A stretch of 64,000 nt of DNA from Blepharisma stoltei ATCC 30299 (GCA_965603825.1 CBFDEM010000022.1:1-64000); one strand, 5' to 3'. Shown: positions 1 through 11,093, counted from the first letter of the stretch. Numbers and translations are program-made. Notes: generated by a model from the sequence alone, not told the origin.

Positions 1-407
1 TATAAAGTTATAAAGTTATAAAGTTATAAAGTTATAAAGTTATAAAGTTATAAAGTTATAAAGTTATAAAGTTATAACAGTTAATACAAGTTATAAAGTT
101 ATAAGTTATAAAGTTATAAAGTTATAAAGTTATAAAGTTACTAAAGTTATACAGTTATAACGTTATAAAGTTATAAAGTTATAAAGTTATAAAGTTATAA
201 AGTTATAAAGTTATAAAGTTTATAAAGTTATAAAGTATTATCAAGTTATAAAGTTATAAAGTTATAACGTTAATAAAGTTATCAAGTTATAAAGTTCTAA
301 ACGTTATAAAGTTATAAAGTTATAAAGTTATACAGTTATAAAGTTATCAAAGTTATAAAGTATAAGTTATAAAGTTCTAACGTTATAAAGTTACCTAAAG
401 TTATAAC
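1..407. repeat. Tandem 8-mer array (TATAAAGT)n, ~50 noisy copies, distal to the telomere
   Basis: Directly visible: ttataaag repeated with scattered indels, ending in a noisy junction (~408-436) into CCCTAACA repeats. Confidence 0.9.
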
Positions 408-436
408 CCCAAACTCCCTACCACCTCTCAACCCAA

Positions 437-1598
437 CCCTAACACCCTAACACCCTAACACCCTAACACCCTAACACCCTACACACCCTAACACCCTAAC
501 ACCCTAACACCCTAACACCCTAACACCCTAACACCCTAACACCCTAACACCCTAACACCCTAACACCCTAACACCCTAACACCCTAACACCTAACACCCT
601 AACACCCTAACACCCTAACACCCCTAACACCCTAACACCCTAACACCTAACACCCTAACACCCTAACACCCTAACACCCTAACACCCTAACACCCTAACA
701 CCCTAACACCCTAACACCCTAACACCCTAACACCCTAACACCCTAACACCCTAACACCCTAACACCCTAACACCCTAACACCCTAACACCCTAACACCCT
801 AACACCCTAACACCCTAACACCCTAACACCCTAACACCCTAACACCCTAACACCCCTAACACCCTAACACCCTAACACCCTAACACCCTACACCCTAACA
901 CCCTAACACCCTAACACCCTAACACCCTAACACCCTAACACCCTAACACCCCTAACACCCTAACACCCTAACACCCTAACACCCTAACCCTAACACCCTA
1001 ACACCCTAACACCCTAACACCCTAACACCCTAACACCCTAACACCCTAACACCCTAACACCCTAACACCCTAACACCCTAACACCCTAACACCCTAACAC
1101 CCTAACACCCTACACCCTAACCCCTAACACCCTAACACCCTAACACCCTAACACCTACACCCTAACACCCTAACACCCTAACACCCTAACACCCTAACAC
1201 CCTAACACCCTAACACCCTAACACCCTAACCCCTAACACCCTAACACCCTAACACCCTAACACCCTAACACCCTAACACCCTAACACCCTAACCACCCTA
1301 ACACCCTAACACCCTAACCCTAACACCCTAACACCCTAACACCCTAACACCCTAACACCCTAACACCCTAACACCCTAACACCCTAACACCCTAACACCC
1401 TAACACCCTAACACCCTAACACCCTAACACCCTAACCTAACACCCTAACACCCTAACACCCTAACACCCTAACCTACACCCTAACACCCTAACACCCTAA
1501 CACCCTAACACCCTAACACCCTAACACCCTAACACCCTAACACCCTAACACCCTAACACCCTAACACCCTAACACCCTAACACCCTAACACCCTAACA
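437..1598 (+). repeat. Telomeric repeat (CCCTAACA)n, C-rich strand, left chromosome end
   Basis: About 145 copies of CCCTAACA with rare indels. This unit is the known Stentor/Blepharisma telomere. Unique sequence starts at ~1600. Confidence 0.97.
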
Positions 1599-1666
1599 CA
1601 AGCTATCGATCGTATTTGATAGGGAATCTTTCAAATTGCTATAGAGCCTTGCCCCAATTTTTAAAG

Positions 1667-1704
1667 GCCTCTGACATTTGGAGGTAATTCTAAATGTCAG
1701 AGGC
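1667..1704. other. Subtelomeric inverted repeat / hairpin (16-bp stem, 6-nt loop)
   Basis: GCCTCTGACATTTGGA-ggtaat-TCTAAATGTCAGAGGC; 15/16 Watson-Crick pairs plus one G.T pair. Confidence 0.8.
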
Positions 1705-1779
1705 TTGACAAAGCCTTATAATTATAGAGAATAAAAAGACTTGTATTTCTGGGCGAGCAAGGTAAAAAGCAATACAAAT

Positions 1780-2118
1780 TTAAATTAGTACCTTATTATT
1801 AATGTGAATAATTACTATCCGTGATATCAAGTCGCTAATCAGCAAAAATTTGCTTATGCTGCTGACCATAGAAAGAAATATTTCTGAAGTATAATATTTT
1901 TTTATATCTTTTTTGAGTTTTGCTAGTTTTTCAATAAGTGGCTGCTTAATTTCTTCTAAAGGTTTAAAGTAAAGCCTTAAGCATCGATGTCCTTTAGAAG
2001 CTGGCTTTTCTACATGCTCAGAAAGGTGATCTTTACAAAATAAGACTGTTCCTTCACATTCACACTTTCCATGGAGCTTGTTTGTGCAACCCTCTTTGGA
2101 GCACCTGCCACTAAACAT
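1780..2118 (-). CDS. Short Cys/His (B-box-like) zinc-binding protein; probable truncated paralog of the adjacent Kelch-like gene
   Basis: N-terminus CSKEGC..CEC..FCKDHLSEH has the same Cys/His spacing as the N-terminus of 2369-4093. A K/E-rich helix follows, then an early TAA. Confidence 0.5.
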   Translation of the reverse strand: MFSGRCSKEGCTNKLHGKCECEGTVLFCKDHLSEHVEKPASKGHRCLRLYFKPLEEIKQPLIEKLAKLKKDIKKYYTSEIFLSMVSSISKFLLISDLISRIVIIHINNKVLI

Positions 2119-2298
2119 TTTTATAGATTTGTAATGTCTTAATAGATTAATACTTTAGCTTTAAAGACAATTAATTTAATATGTAGCCAACCTCTTTCTC
2201 TATATATTGATTTTACTTTCTATGTTTTATTTAGCTAAAATATGCATAAAGTGTTCAATTTAATTAAGATCAAGTAATGGTGATCGGCTCGATGCAGC

Positions 2299-2364
2299 TA
2301 TCAGAAAATAAAAATTATGCCAAAAACTATTTATCAGAAAATAAAAATTATGCCAAAAACTATT
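2299..2364. repeat. Perfect 33-bp tandem duplication
   Basis: tatcagaaaataaaaattatgccaaaaactatt x2 (2299-2331, 2332-2364). Confidence 0.95.
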
Positions 2365-2368
2365 ATAA

Positions 2369-4093
2369 TTACTGTAGCTCACTAATCTCTCTTAGATTCA
2401 TATCAAAAGAATAATATTTATCCACATCATTTCTGCATCCAATATATATTACTCCACTATTATATGCACAATAAACTTGACTAGGACAGCCAATAATTGG
2501 TAATTGGCCTACTTTTCTCCAAACTTTTTCATTCCAAATATCGCTCTCGTAGATTTTTCCTCTACACTCAATTAAATACAATCTCTCTCCATTTATCAAA
2601 ATTTTTCTCATATTCGGTGTAAATTTATAAGGAATTTTTTTCCCAAAAGTATTTGATTTTATATTGTACCGTAATAGCTTTTCACTATTATATCCAGAAA
2701 TCAAAATTTCATCATTAAATACTATGGAATGGCATTTGTAGTCGATCTCAGGCAATGGCTTTAACCCAATTCATTTATTTTTTCGTAAATCAAATTTTTC
2801 AGATAGATTTAAGAACTTACCATTACTGAGACCTCCAAAGCAATAAACGCTTCCTTTGAAAAAGACAGCTGATGACCAAGAGCATGTTTTTCCAGGAGGG
2901 AGAATGCGAAATTTATAATGCTCATCAATTGTTAATGAAATATTAGACGGAGGATAGCTTCCAAAGCAGAATAATTCACCATTTGGAAGCTGAGCTATAC
3001 ATGTGCCACTGCTTAAGGGCTCGGGAGTTTCTATTTTCTTTTTATCTTGAATTCTATTCTCAGTGTCATAAATAAGCAAATTTGTTTGGCTTTCAATATT
3101 TGTGGTAAGATATAGTGATGTTTTTTGGTTGTAAGCTTTAATAAGGTCTTGATGAGCTTGAAACAAAGCTGGATTTGAATAGCAGATGCTTTTTCAATTA
3201 TCTTCGAACAAAGATAATGTCGTTCTAAAGCATTTTTCTATATCTCTATCAATATTTTTTTCCAAAATTTGAGATTTTTCAGCTTTTAGTTCTTTTGTTT
3301 TGAACTCTGCAAATAAATTTTCAATGAGTTTTATTTTTTCCCCAATTTTTAAAATTGAGCTTTCAATCTCAGAAGCTTGTTTTAACTGAAAATTTTCCAA
3401 GTTTGTATAATTTTCCATTTTCAATATAATTTCTTCTTTTCAGCTGGTAAAATTTCGGTTGGTTTCCTCTGTTAAATTCATTAGATGAGATATATTATTG
3501 TCATGGTCTATAATGCTTTTGCTATTTAAATTTGCCTTATCCTCTAGAGCTTGCAGCTTTTTATCTATTTCATAAAATTTATTTTTGCAGAGCATTTCAA
3601 TCTCCCAAAAGTCAAATGGTTTCGGATGTCTAGAAACATTTGGGTTTCTTGGAATAATTTTTTTGGCTTTCTTAACAGCTTCATTTGGCTGTAAAGCTAA
3701 TAGATTTAAATCTGGATCTTGCTCAGTGTCTGATAAACTTTGAGTTTTATTAATCTTTTCAAAATAGCGATATAATATAGAAGACTCAGATTTCAGAATA
3801 TCAAGGGACTGCTTTAGGCTGCTTTCGTGACTTGAAAAGCTTTGGGAGTAGGAGTTCACGATTTTTTTTTCTAGATTATTTCTTTTAGTAATTTCTTTTC
3901 TAAGTAATTCAAGAACTGCTTGCTTCGCTTCTTTATTGAGACTTGAATTAGACATTGATGAAGAAGTTATATAATGAAATTTTCGATGCTCTTCTGCGTG
4001 AAGCTCACACATATTAGTTTCAGGGGAAGTGCAGTCGCAAAAATACTTAATATCTGATTTGCAGCCAGGCACAAAGCAAATTTTGCCCTCCAT
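2369..4093 (-). CDS. B-box-like Zn finger + coiled-coil + Kelch-like beta-propeller protein (574 aa, TGA=Trp)
   Basis: Four track ORFs are in one frame, separated only by TGA, and end at TAA. Kelch-like motifs: VYCFGG..SEKFDLRKNKW, LFCFG, ILISG. Confidence 0.85.
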
Positions 4094-4645
4094 TATTCTG
4101 AATCTACAATAATTTGGTTTTATTTATACTTTACAAAAAAATTTTCCATCCTAGCTCGCCAAATGGTTTCTTGGCATTATTGAATCGGGAAAATTTTATA
4201 GCATAAATTACTCATCTCCAAAATTGATTGTTCACAATATGATTTAGTTTGATATTGTTGGTATTTCAATATATATCAAGTTCATGATTGACTGATTTAT
4301 TAGGCTTGAAATTTTTTAAAATAATCCTATAGATCAATTGCAACTCTATTAGCCTTGCAATTGAAGGTAATTGCTCTAAGATTTTCAATTGAAAGTAAGA
4401 ATATACTCTTTATTCAAATTATAGTTATAAAACCTCTTACAAGGCTATTCTGCAAAATTTTGAATTTATGTTTATTTAATGCCAACTTATTAAATATTTT
4501 TATATGATTCCACATATTCTAAATATTTATTATTTTATCATTATGATTATATTTCCCGCAGCTTATTTAATAATGAAAATTTTTCGAATATTTTTTCGTT
4601 TTTGGAAATAATTAAAATATTACCACCAATTAATCTTGTTATTGA

Positions 4646-6187
4646 TTACACTCGATGTGTTATGACTGCTTTATAATCTGCAACGTCCAAAAAGCCAAAA
4701 TAATGTTTAAATAAAGTTTTCTGTCTCCTTATTTGAAGTCCCATATCCCTCATAAAAGGATCATATGAAAAAATGCCCCCTGCAACAGTGTTTAAGTTAT
4801 TGCAAGGCCTAATAAATTTTCTTACAATTTTTTTTCTTTTCGCAATATCATTTTTCATTTCCTCATTTCCCGGCAAAGCTACCTTACCTCTGAGAACTTC
4901 AGCCAGCCAGCATGCTTGTATTGAAAATCCCAGACAAGCCCCTACATTTCTAAACATCCCAATAACGGCCAGATTCTTTTTCCCAGGAATTATTGTATGC
5001 CTATACATTCAAGTTCCATCTTCTTCTTGTTCTATCCCAAAAGTACTAAACTGAAATCCAGTTGCATAAACAATTAAATCAGCTTTATAATGATTATCCC
5101 CGACAATAACCCCATCAGGGGTAATTTCATTGACAGTCCCTTTAACATGCTTTATTTCACCTGAAATATATTTTTTAATGATTTCTTCGTCTCTGATATT
5201 TATATCAACACTTCTTGAAGAGGCATAAGACAGATCTGGATGCAGAAATTCTGGGAGGTCTTCTTTGAATTTTTTTTCGACTTGTTTATAAAATCAGTTA
5301 ACTAAAGGCTTGCAATAGTTATAGAGCCAAAACCCATCATCGACAGGCATTAAAAATAATTGGCCAAATCTTGTAAAAAGCAGCTTTTCTATATTAATCC
5401 CAAAAAATTTTTTCCCATAAGGCTTGGTTCAGTGGACTCTCCTTTGTATATTAATAACTTTTCCTCCATTTTTCGCTGCTATATTAGAAATATCATATGC
5501 GCTTCTCAGTCCTCCTATAACAACAACATTTTTTCCTTCACATAATTTTTTGGCATTTATAAACTTACTGCTGTGTATTATTTTCCCTTTAAAACTTTCT
5601 TCACCCTTAATTTTAGGTATATTTGGCAAATTATAAAGACCTGCGCACAATACTAAAAAGTCATAATTTATTGATTTTCCATCTGAAAGGTTAACTTGTC
5701 ATGACTCATCCTCATTTTGCCTTATTGAAGTTACATTTGCATCGCAGTGAAGCAAAGGGAGTAAATTGAATTTTTTAATTATGTCTTCGTTAATTCAGTG
5801 CTGTAAATAATCAAGTTTAGGGAGCATTGGGGCGTTTTTAATTGGATCATCTGGTAGATAATATGACCGAAAAGCAAATTGAAGCCCAGCTTCATCGTAA
5901 TTTTCTGATCAAACTCCACCTGGAGTTGACTGTTTTTCTAGTATTTCGATTTCATAGCCTTGAGTTTTTAGTATTTTTGCAGTCACAAGGCCTGCTAAGC
6001 CTCCTCCAATGATACCTATTTTTTTAGGAATTTTTGAGATAAAGTGAGAATTTGGGTGAGATTCGTAAGGAAGCTTAGGGAGTTCTTGATACGGAGGACC
6101 GACTGGATTGGGAATAGAAAATTCTCAATTTAAGACAGAAAAAGCAGAGCCTGCTGAAATTCCTAAAAAGAAAACAGCCTTTTTCAT
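4646..6187 (-). CDS. FMO: Flavin-containing monooxygenase (513 aa, TGA=Trp)
   Basis: Single frame from ATG to TAA. Motifs IGIIGGGLAG (FAD), GGVW, FKGKIIHSSKF (FMO fingerprint), VVVIGG..SAYD, YATGF. 7 of 9 Trp codons are TGA. Confidence 0.92.
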
Positions 6188-7203
6188 AATACTTATTAGT
6201 TATATAAAAAGGCTTAAGATATTATATGAAATACGAGCGAGAGGAATGAAAATTCTCAATATAAAATTAAATAATTTTTCATAATACTTTTAATTATATA
6301 AAGAAGCTTAGATATATCAGATTATCAATTGAAGCTTTTCTGCCTAAGTCAATATATCGATCTTCATAATCCTTTTTTACTCTTTTCCTCTTTTTCCCAT
6401 TATTTTCTTTAGATTTTTCAATTGCGCCTTCTAAGTTTTCCAGCCTTATAGTGTTTTGATGGACTGTTTCTATAACTTTACTAACATTGAATCTTTTCTC
6501 ATAAACTTCTTTTGGATCTTTTGTTTGCTTATAGTAATAATAATGTCCAGAATAGTATGTGCATTCGTAATTGTTATACTTTAGTCTTTTCTTATGAAAT
6601 CGCCCGTGCCTAAATCTTTTCTGTATATTGTGCTTTATTTTTCAATATGTTTCAGAACGCACCCATTTGCTTTCTTTTTTCTTATTTCTGAACTGGCTGA
6701 AAGGAGCTTTCAATTTCTTGAGCTGCTTTGAAGGACAATAAAGGTATTTAGGATGAATTTCAGGGGTTAGGCACCAGCTCATAATAAAATGATATTTAAA
6801 TAGTTTATTTATTAAAATTTCCATATTTCTGTTCTGTTCTAATGTCTAATTGTTTCATTAATCTTATGAATGTGCCTCAAATCAAATCTCGCCGATATTA
6901 ACTGCGATTTACTTGCGAAATAATAAATCTTATAGAATTTATTTTGTCTTGAAATAAATATGTTTTACAATTTTGCGTTAAAAATCCTTAATATGTTTAA
7001 AAATTTATTTATAAATTACATGTTAAATTTAATTATACTGCTTATTTAATGATAATTTTTGCAAAGTCTCTTTTAAAGTTCTAGCAAGTTTATATATAAA
7101 GCAGCCTAATTGTTCTAAATTATTAATTGAAAATTTCCTTATTTGATCAATATATCTCTCCTGATATTATTTTTTGCTCGCTTTCTCTTTTTCCCAATTC
7201 TCT
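6075..7203. repeat. Segmental duplication copy A (paired with 7707-8762)
   Basis: Near-identical blocks containing the FMO 5' end, an orphan ORF and upstream AT-rich DNA. Copy A has an extra ~90 bp at ~6220-6305. Confidence 0.9.
6294..6782 (-). CDS. Orphan basic K/Y-rich protein, copy A (162 aa, TGA=Trp)
   Basis: MSWCLTPEIHPKY...ETYW(TGA)KIKH...GKKRKRVKK...TAA. The frame is preserved in the duplicate. Alternative start at 6824. Confidence 0.6.
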
Positions 7204-7465
7204 CTTTAATTCGTTCTATTTTATTAATTCTCATACGTCTACAGCTTATAGATCATGATTAGCTGCTTGTCCTTGAGAAGTAAATTCAAGCTATAGCTCA
7301 TAACAGCTCTCTGAGCTCTAATCTGATACTTTTAAATCTCTTTTCATTAACCGCTTTCTCGTTATAGCAATAAAGGCTATAAGAATTACAATAAAGCTAC
7401 CATGGCAATATAGATAATTTTACCCATTTCCTGAGCTTTGGTCTTATCTTTTCAACTATTGAATA

Positions 7466-7493
7466 TAGCCCGAGCCGAAGGAGGCTCGGGCTA
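7466..7493. other. GC-rich perfect hairpin (11-bp stem, 6-nt loop)
   Basis: TAGCCCGAGCC-gaagga-GGCTCGGGCTA in otherwise AT-rich DNA. Confidence 0.85.
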
Positions 7494-7681
7494 ATCTACC
7501 TTTATAATTCTTACCAAATAGAGCAATGCATCAATGTGAAACCAACAAACATTTGATGAGCTGCAAAAAGATAAAAAATGCAATTTGTACTATAAGATGC
7601 ACCAGAGATACAGCTCACAAGATTATGCAGATAGCAAGCCTTTTTTCAAAGAAAATATGAAGCCATGACCCATTTTATAAA

Positions 7682-7819
7682 CTAGGAAACAAATTGCGAA
7701 AATCTTTTAGGAAGTTCTTGATACGGAGGACCAACTGGATTGGGAATAGAAAATTCTCAATTTAAAACAGAAAAAGCAGAGCCTGCTGAAATTCCTAAAA
7801 AGAAAACAGCCTTTTTCAT
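7682..7819 (-). pseudogene. 5' fragment of the FMO gene
   Basis: MKKAVFFLGISAGSAFSVLNWEFSIPNPVGPPYQELPK matches the FMO N-terminus, then unrelated RFSQFVS and TAG. Confidence 0.8.
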
Positions 7820-8762
7820 AATACTTATTAGTTATATAGAAAGGCTTAGATATATTAGGTTATCAATTGAAGATTTTCTGCCTAAGTCAATATATCGATC
7901 TTCATAATCCTTTTTTACTCTTTTCCTCTTTTTCCCATTATTTTCTTTAGATTTTTCAATTGCGTCTTCCAAGTTTTTCAGCTTTATCGTTTTTTGATAG
8001 ACTGTTTCTATAACTTTGCTTGCATTGAATCTTTTCTCATAAACTTCTTTTGGATCTTTTGTTTGCTTATAGTAATAATTATAATAATAATCAGAATAGT
8101 ATCTGCATTCATAATTGTTATACTTTTGCCTTTTCTTATGAAATCGCCCGTACCTAAAATTTTTCCTAATATTGTGCTTTATTTCTCAATATGTTTCAGA
8201 ATGTACCGATTTGCATTTATTTTTCTTATTTCTGAACTGGCTAAAAGGAGCTTTCAATTTCTTGAACTGTTTTGAAGGACAATAAAGGTATTTAGGATGA
8301 ATTTCAGGATTTAGGCACCAGCTCATAATAAAATGATATTTAAATAGCTTATTTATTAAAATTTCCATATTTCTGTTCTGTTCTAACGTCTAATTGTTTA
8401 ATAAATCTTATGAATGTGTCTCAAATCAAATCTCACCGATATATTCTGCGATTTACTTATGAAACAATAAAATCCCATACAATTTATTTTGTCTTGAAAT
8501 AAATATGTTTTACAATTTTGTGTTAAAAATCCTTAATCAGCTTAAAAATTTATTTATAAATTACATGTAAAATTTATTATGCTGCTCATTAGCATGGATA
8601 TTCTTGGAAAGTCTCTTTAAAAATTCTAACAAGTTTATATTGTATTTAAGATTATATAAAGCAGCCTAAATGTTTTAAATTATTAATTGAAAATTTCCTT
8701 ATTTGTTCAATATATCTTTCTTGATATTTTTTTTGCTCGCTTTCTCTTTTTCTCAATTCTCT
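7707..8762. repeat. Segmental duplication copy B (paired with 6075-7203)
   Basis: Colinear high identity to 6075-7203. Confidence 0.9.
7832..8326 (-). CDS. Orphan basic K/Y-rich protein, copy B (164 aa, TGA=Trp)
   Basis: Paralog of 6294-6782 with an in-frame 6-nt indel and the same internal TGA position; ends at TAA. Confidence 0.6.
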
Positions 8763-9203
8763 GTATATTCTTTTCTATAGCCTGCAAAGCTTTTAAGTTT
8801 TTCGATTTGCTGATCATGCAATTTCAAAATTTCATAAATTCAAAATTTTCTTGATATAACTCATTTATAAAATAATCACGGCTGGCAACCCATTTGAAGA
8901 TTTGATGCAAAATTTTATAGAGAAAATAAGCTTGACAATCGTTTATATTTTATACGCTTTACGCTAGAAAGATTTCAAGTACTTCACTTTCCCATTGCAT
9001 TTGATAGCCTCATAAAATTATATTTCCAATTTCTTATTATGTAAGTCTATGCTAAAAAGTAAAAACCATTTCAGGGTTTTTCTGTAAATATCTTCTTATG
9101 CTCTTCGAGTGCAAGTTTTAACGCCATTTTAATTGATATTTCTTGTGGATTATTGATATGGCTCATCTTTTTCTCTTTAAAGGGGTCAAATATATATTAA
9201 GAA

Positions 9204-9250
9204 CCATTTTAGAATAATATTTAATCTGATTGGCTAGTTTTCCATATTTA
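9204..9250 (+). promoter_or_regulatory. Conserved ubiquitin-gene promoter block with reverse CCAAT box
   Basis: ccattttagaataatatt..tctgattggctagt.ttccatattta is shared with 11046-11093, ~30 nt upstream of both ATGs. Confidence 0.65.
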
Positions 9251-9281
9251 GACGTGCTAATTAGATTCATTCTATAAAAAA

Positions 9282-9752
9282 ATGCAAATATTCATAAAAA
9301 CATTGACTGGGAAGACAATCGTTGTTCTTGTTAACTCTTCAGATACAATAAATACCGTCAAAGCTAAGATCCAAGACAAGGAAGGAATTCCTTCAGACCA
9401 GCAACGCCTCATTTTCTCTGGAAAACAATTAGAAGACGAAAGAACTCTTGGAGACTATAACATCGAAAAAGATTCAACTCTTCACTTGGTTCTTAGTCTC
9501 AGAGGTGGAGTCGGTGACTATGATATTTTTGTTAAGACAATTGCTGGAAAAACGATTACTATTAATGTCAAACCTACAGATACCATTAACGACGTCAAGG
9601 TCAAGATTCAGCATAAAGATGGAATCCCTGCGAGTAAGCAAAGACTCATTTACTCAGGGAAACAATTAGAAGACGAAAAAACAATTGTTCAATACAACAT
9701 AAAAAAGGATTCAACTCTTCATTTGGTGATGAGATTGTTGGGAGGTCTTTAA
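9282..9752 (+). CDS. Divergent di-ubiquitin-like protein (two UBL domains)
   Basis: Two Ub-fold repeats ending LSLRGG and MRLLGG-L, joined by a VGD linker. Confidence 0.9.
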   Translation: MQIFIKTLTGKTIVVLVNSSDTINTVKAKIQDKEGIPSDQQRLIFSGKQLEDERTLGDYNIEKDSTLHLVLSLRGGVGDYDIFVKTIAGKTITINVKPTDTINDVKVKIQHKDGIPASKQRLIYSGKQLEDEKTIVQYNIKKDSTLHLVMRLLGGL

Positions 9753-10995
9753 TTTTATAAATCGTTCTTTTTTAAATACTGAGGGAGGTAATTTACTCCA
9801 AATTAATTAAAAAAATATATAAACTAACTTGTAATATAGATTTTATAAATTAATTTTCTATTAATTGATATTCCTATATGATGGAGCAGCTTAGATTTTT
9901 AGTTAATTTTTAATTTTGCTTTGAATTACGCAAATATATACTATATCTTTCTAAATATGGGATAATTTGATTATTAATTTTAAATTAACTTAATTATTCT
10001 TTTAATGAGATTGTATATATAAACTTCTTTAATGGAAGATCTTCGAGCTCTCTATCATTCGCCCTAAATATTGCAGACTTTTAGATCTCCAGATCTTTCA
10101 GAAACTTTAAAAAAGTATCTCTCCCTATTATTTTCCTTATCCCAACCTTGATCCTTTCAGTTGTTCTCATAACTTCATTTTGATAGCAAATAATCATCAC
10201 AAGATTAGAGGTCCTGGCATTTTTAATTATGATAGTAGGTCTAATCATTGTTTTGCAGCGATAGACTTGTGTGCAAGAATTCTCTGCCGCTCTTTTATTT
10301 TATATTCGCCTCCAGAATAGCTAGTTCTTTAATCTTTTGGATTTTTCTCAAAATAGCGCATTCCAAGCATATCCCATGAATAAGAAATGCGACATTGTAT
10401 CCCTAGAATCTCTAGCGTTCTTCCCATAGCATACATTTGGTTTAGCAAATCGCACAATTGTAATTGCTCCATTATCAATTCTATATCTACTTCTATCTCT
10501 ATTTCCCATATCTTCCATTTCTTCTCTAAGTAATTATGTAATCCAAATTTGTTTTATCCTATAGTGACTTGGTTTAATCTCTCCCTTTGATATCACTGGC
10601 TTAAATCTCGTGTCAACTCTACTGGCCAAGAACACTGCTCGAAGTATTGTATGTTCTTCCTTCTTGTCGACATGCATGATTAGGTTCATTCCCTATTGTG
10701 CCACTTCTTGACTTTCTCTTGGTATCTTTCTTTATCCACCTTTAACGCATCCCTTTAATTTTGAGATCACATCTTGACTCATTCTGGATTCATTCTTAGC
10801 TTGTTCCTCAATAATTTACACTCAAATAGTCAAATTTTAATGTTTTCGAGTTATTGCCAATTTATTAAGTTTTTACTGAATTATCTTCTTCATAATCTCT
10901 ATTTCAATAATTTAAAATTTTATTGCTAATGATATTTTGATAATTTGACTAGAAATTGACTTTAGAAAAAATAGGTTTTAGACTGACTTGAATTA

Positions 10996-11093
10996 AGAAG
11001 ATTCTAGTACCTCAGAAACTTTCAGATTTCAATATAGAAAATTTCCCATTTTAGAATAATATTGAAATCTGATTGGCTAGTCTTCCATATTTA
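10996..11093 (+). promoter_or_regulatory. Polyubiquitin promoter: heat-shock-element-like nGAAnnTTCn plus CCAAT block
   Basis: aGAAgaTTCt at 10996-11005; ctgattggcta block shared with the di-UBL gene. Confidence 0.5.

Noticed and set aside
1791-1815. Possible intron extending the 1780-2118 ORF
   Set aside because: The GT..AG candidate is 24 nt and in frame, so the TAA remains.
6075-6080. TTAGGG at the duplication breakpoint as an internal telomere seed
   Set aside because: A single hexamer inside FMO codons; expected by chance.
9448-9669. 73-aa alternative-frame ORF inside the di-UBL gene
   Set aside because: Out-of-frame by-product with a non-ATG start.
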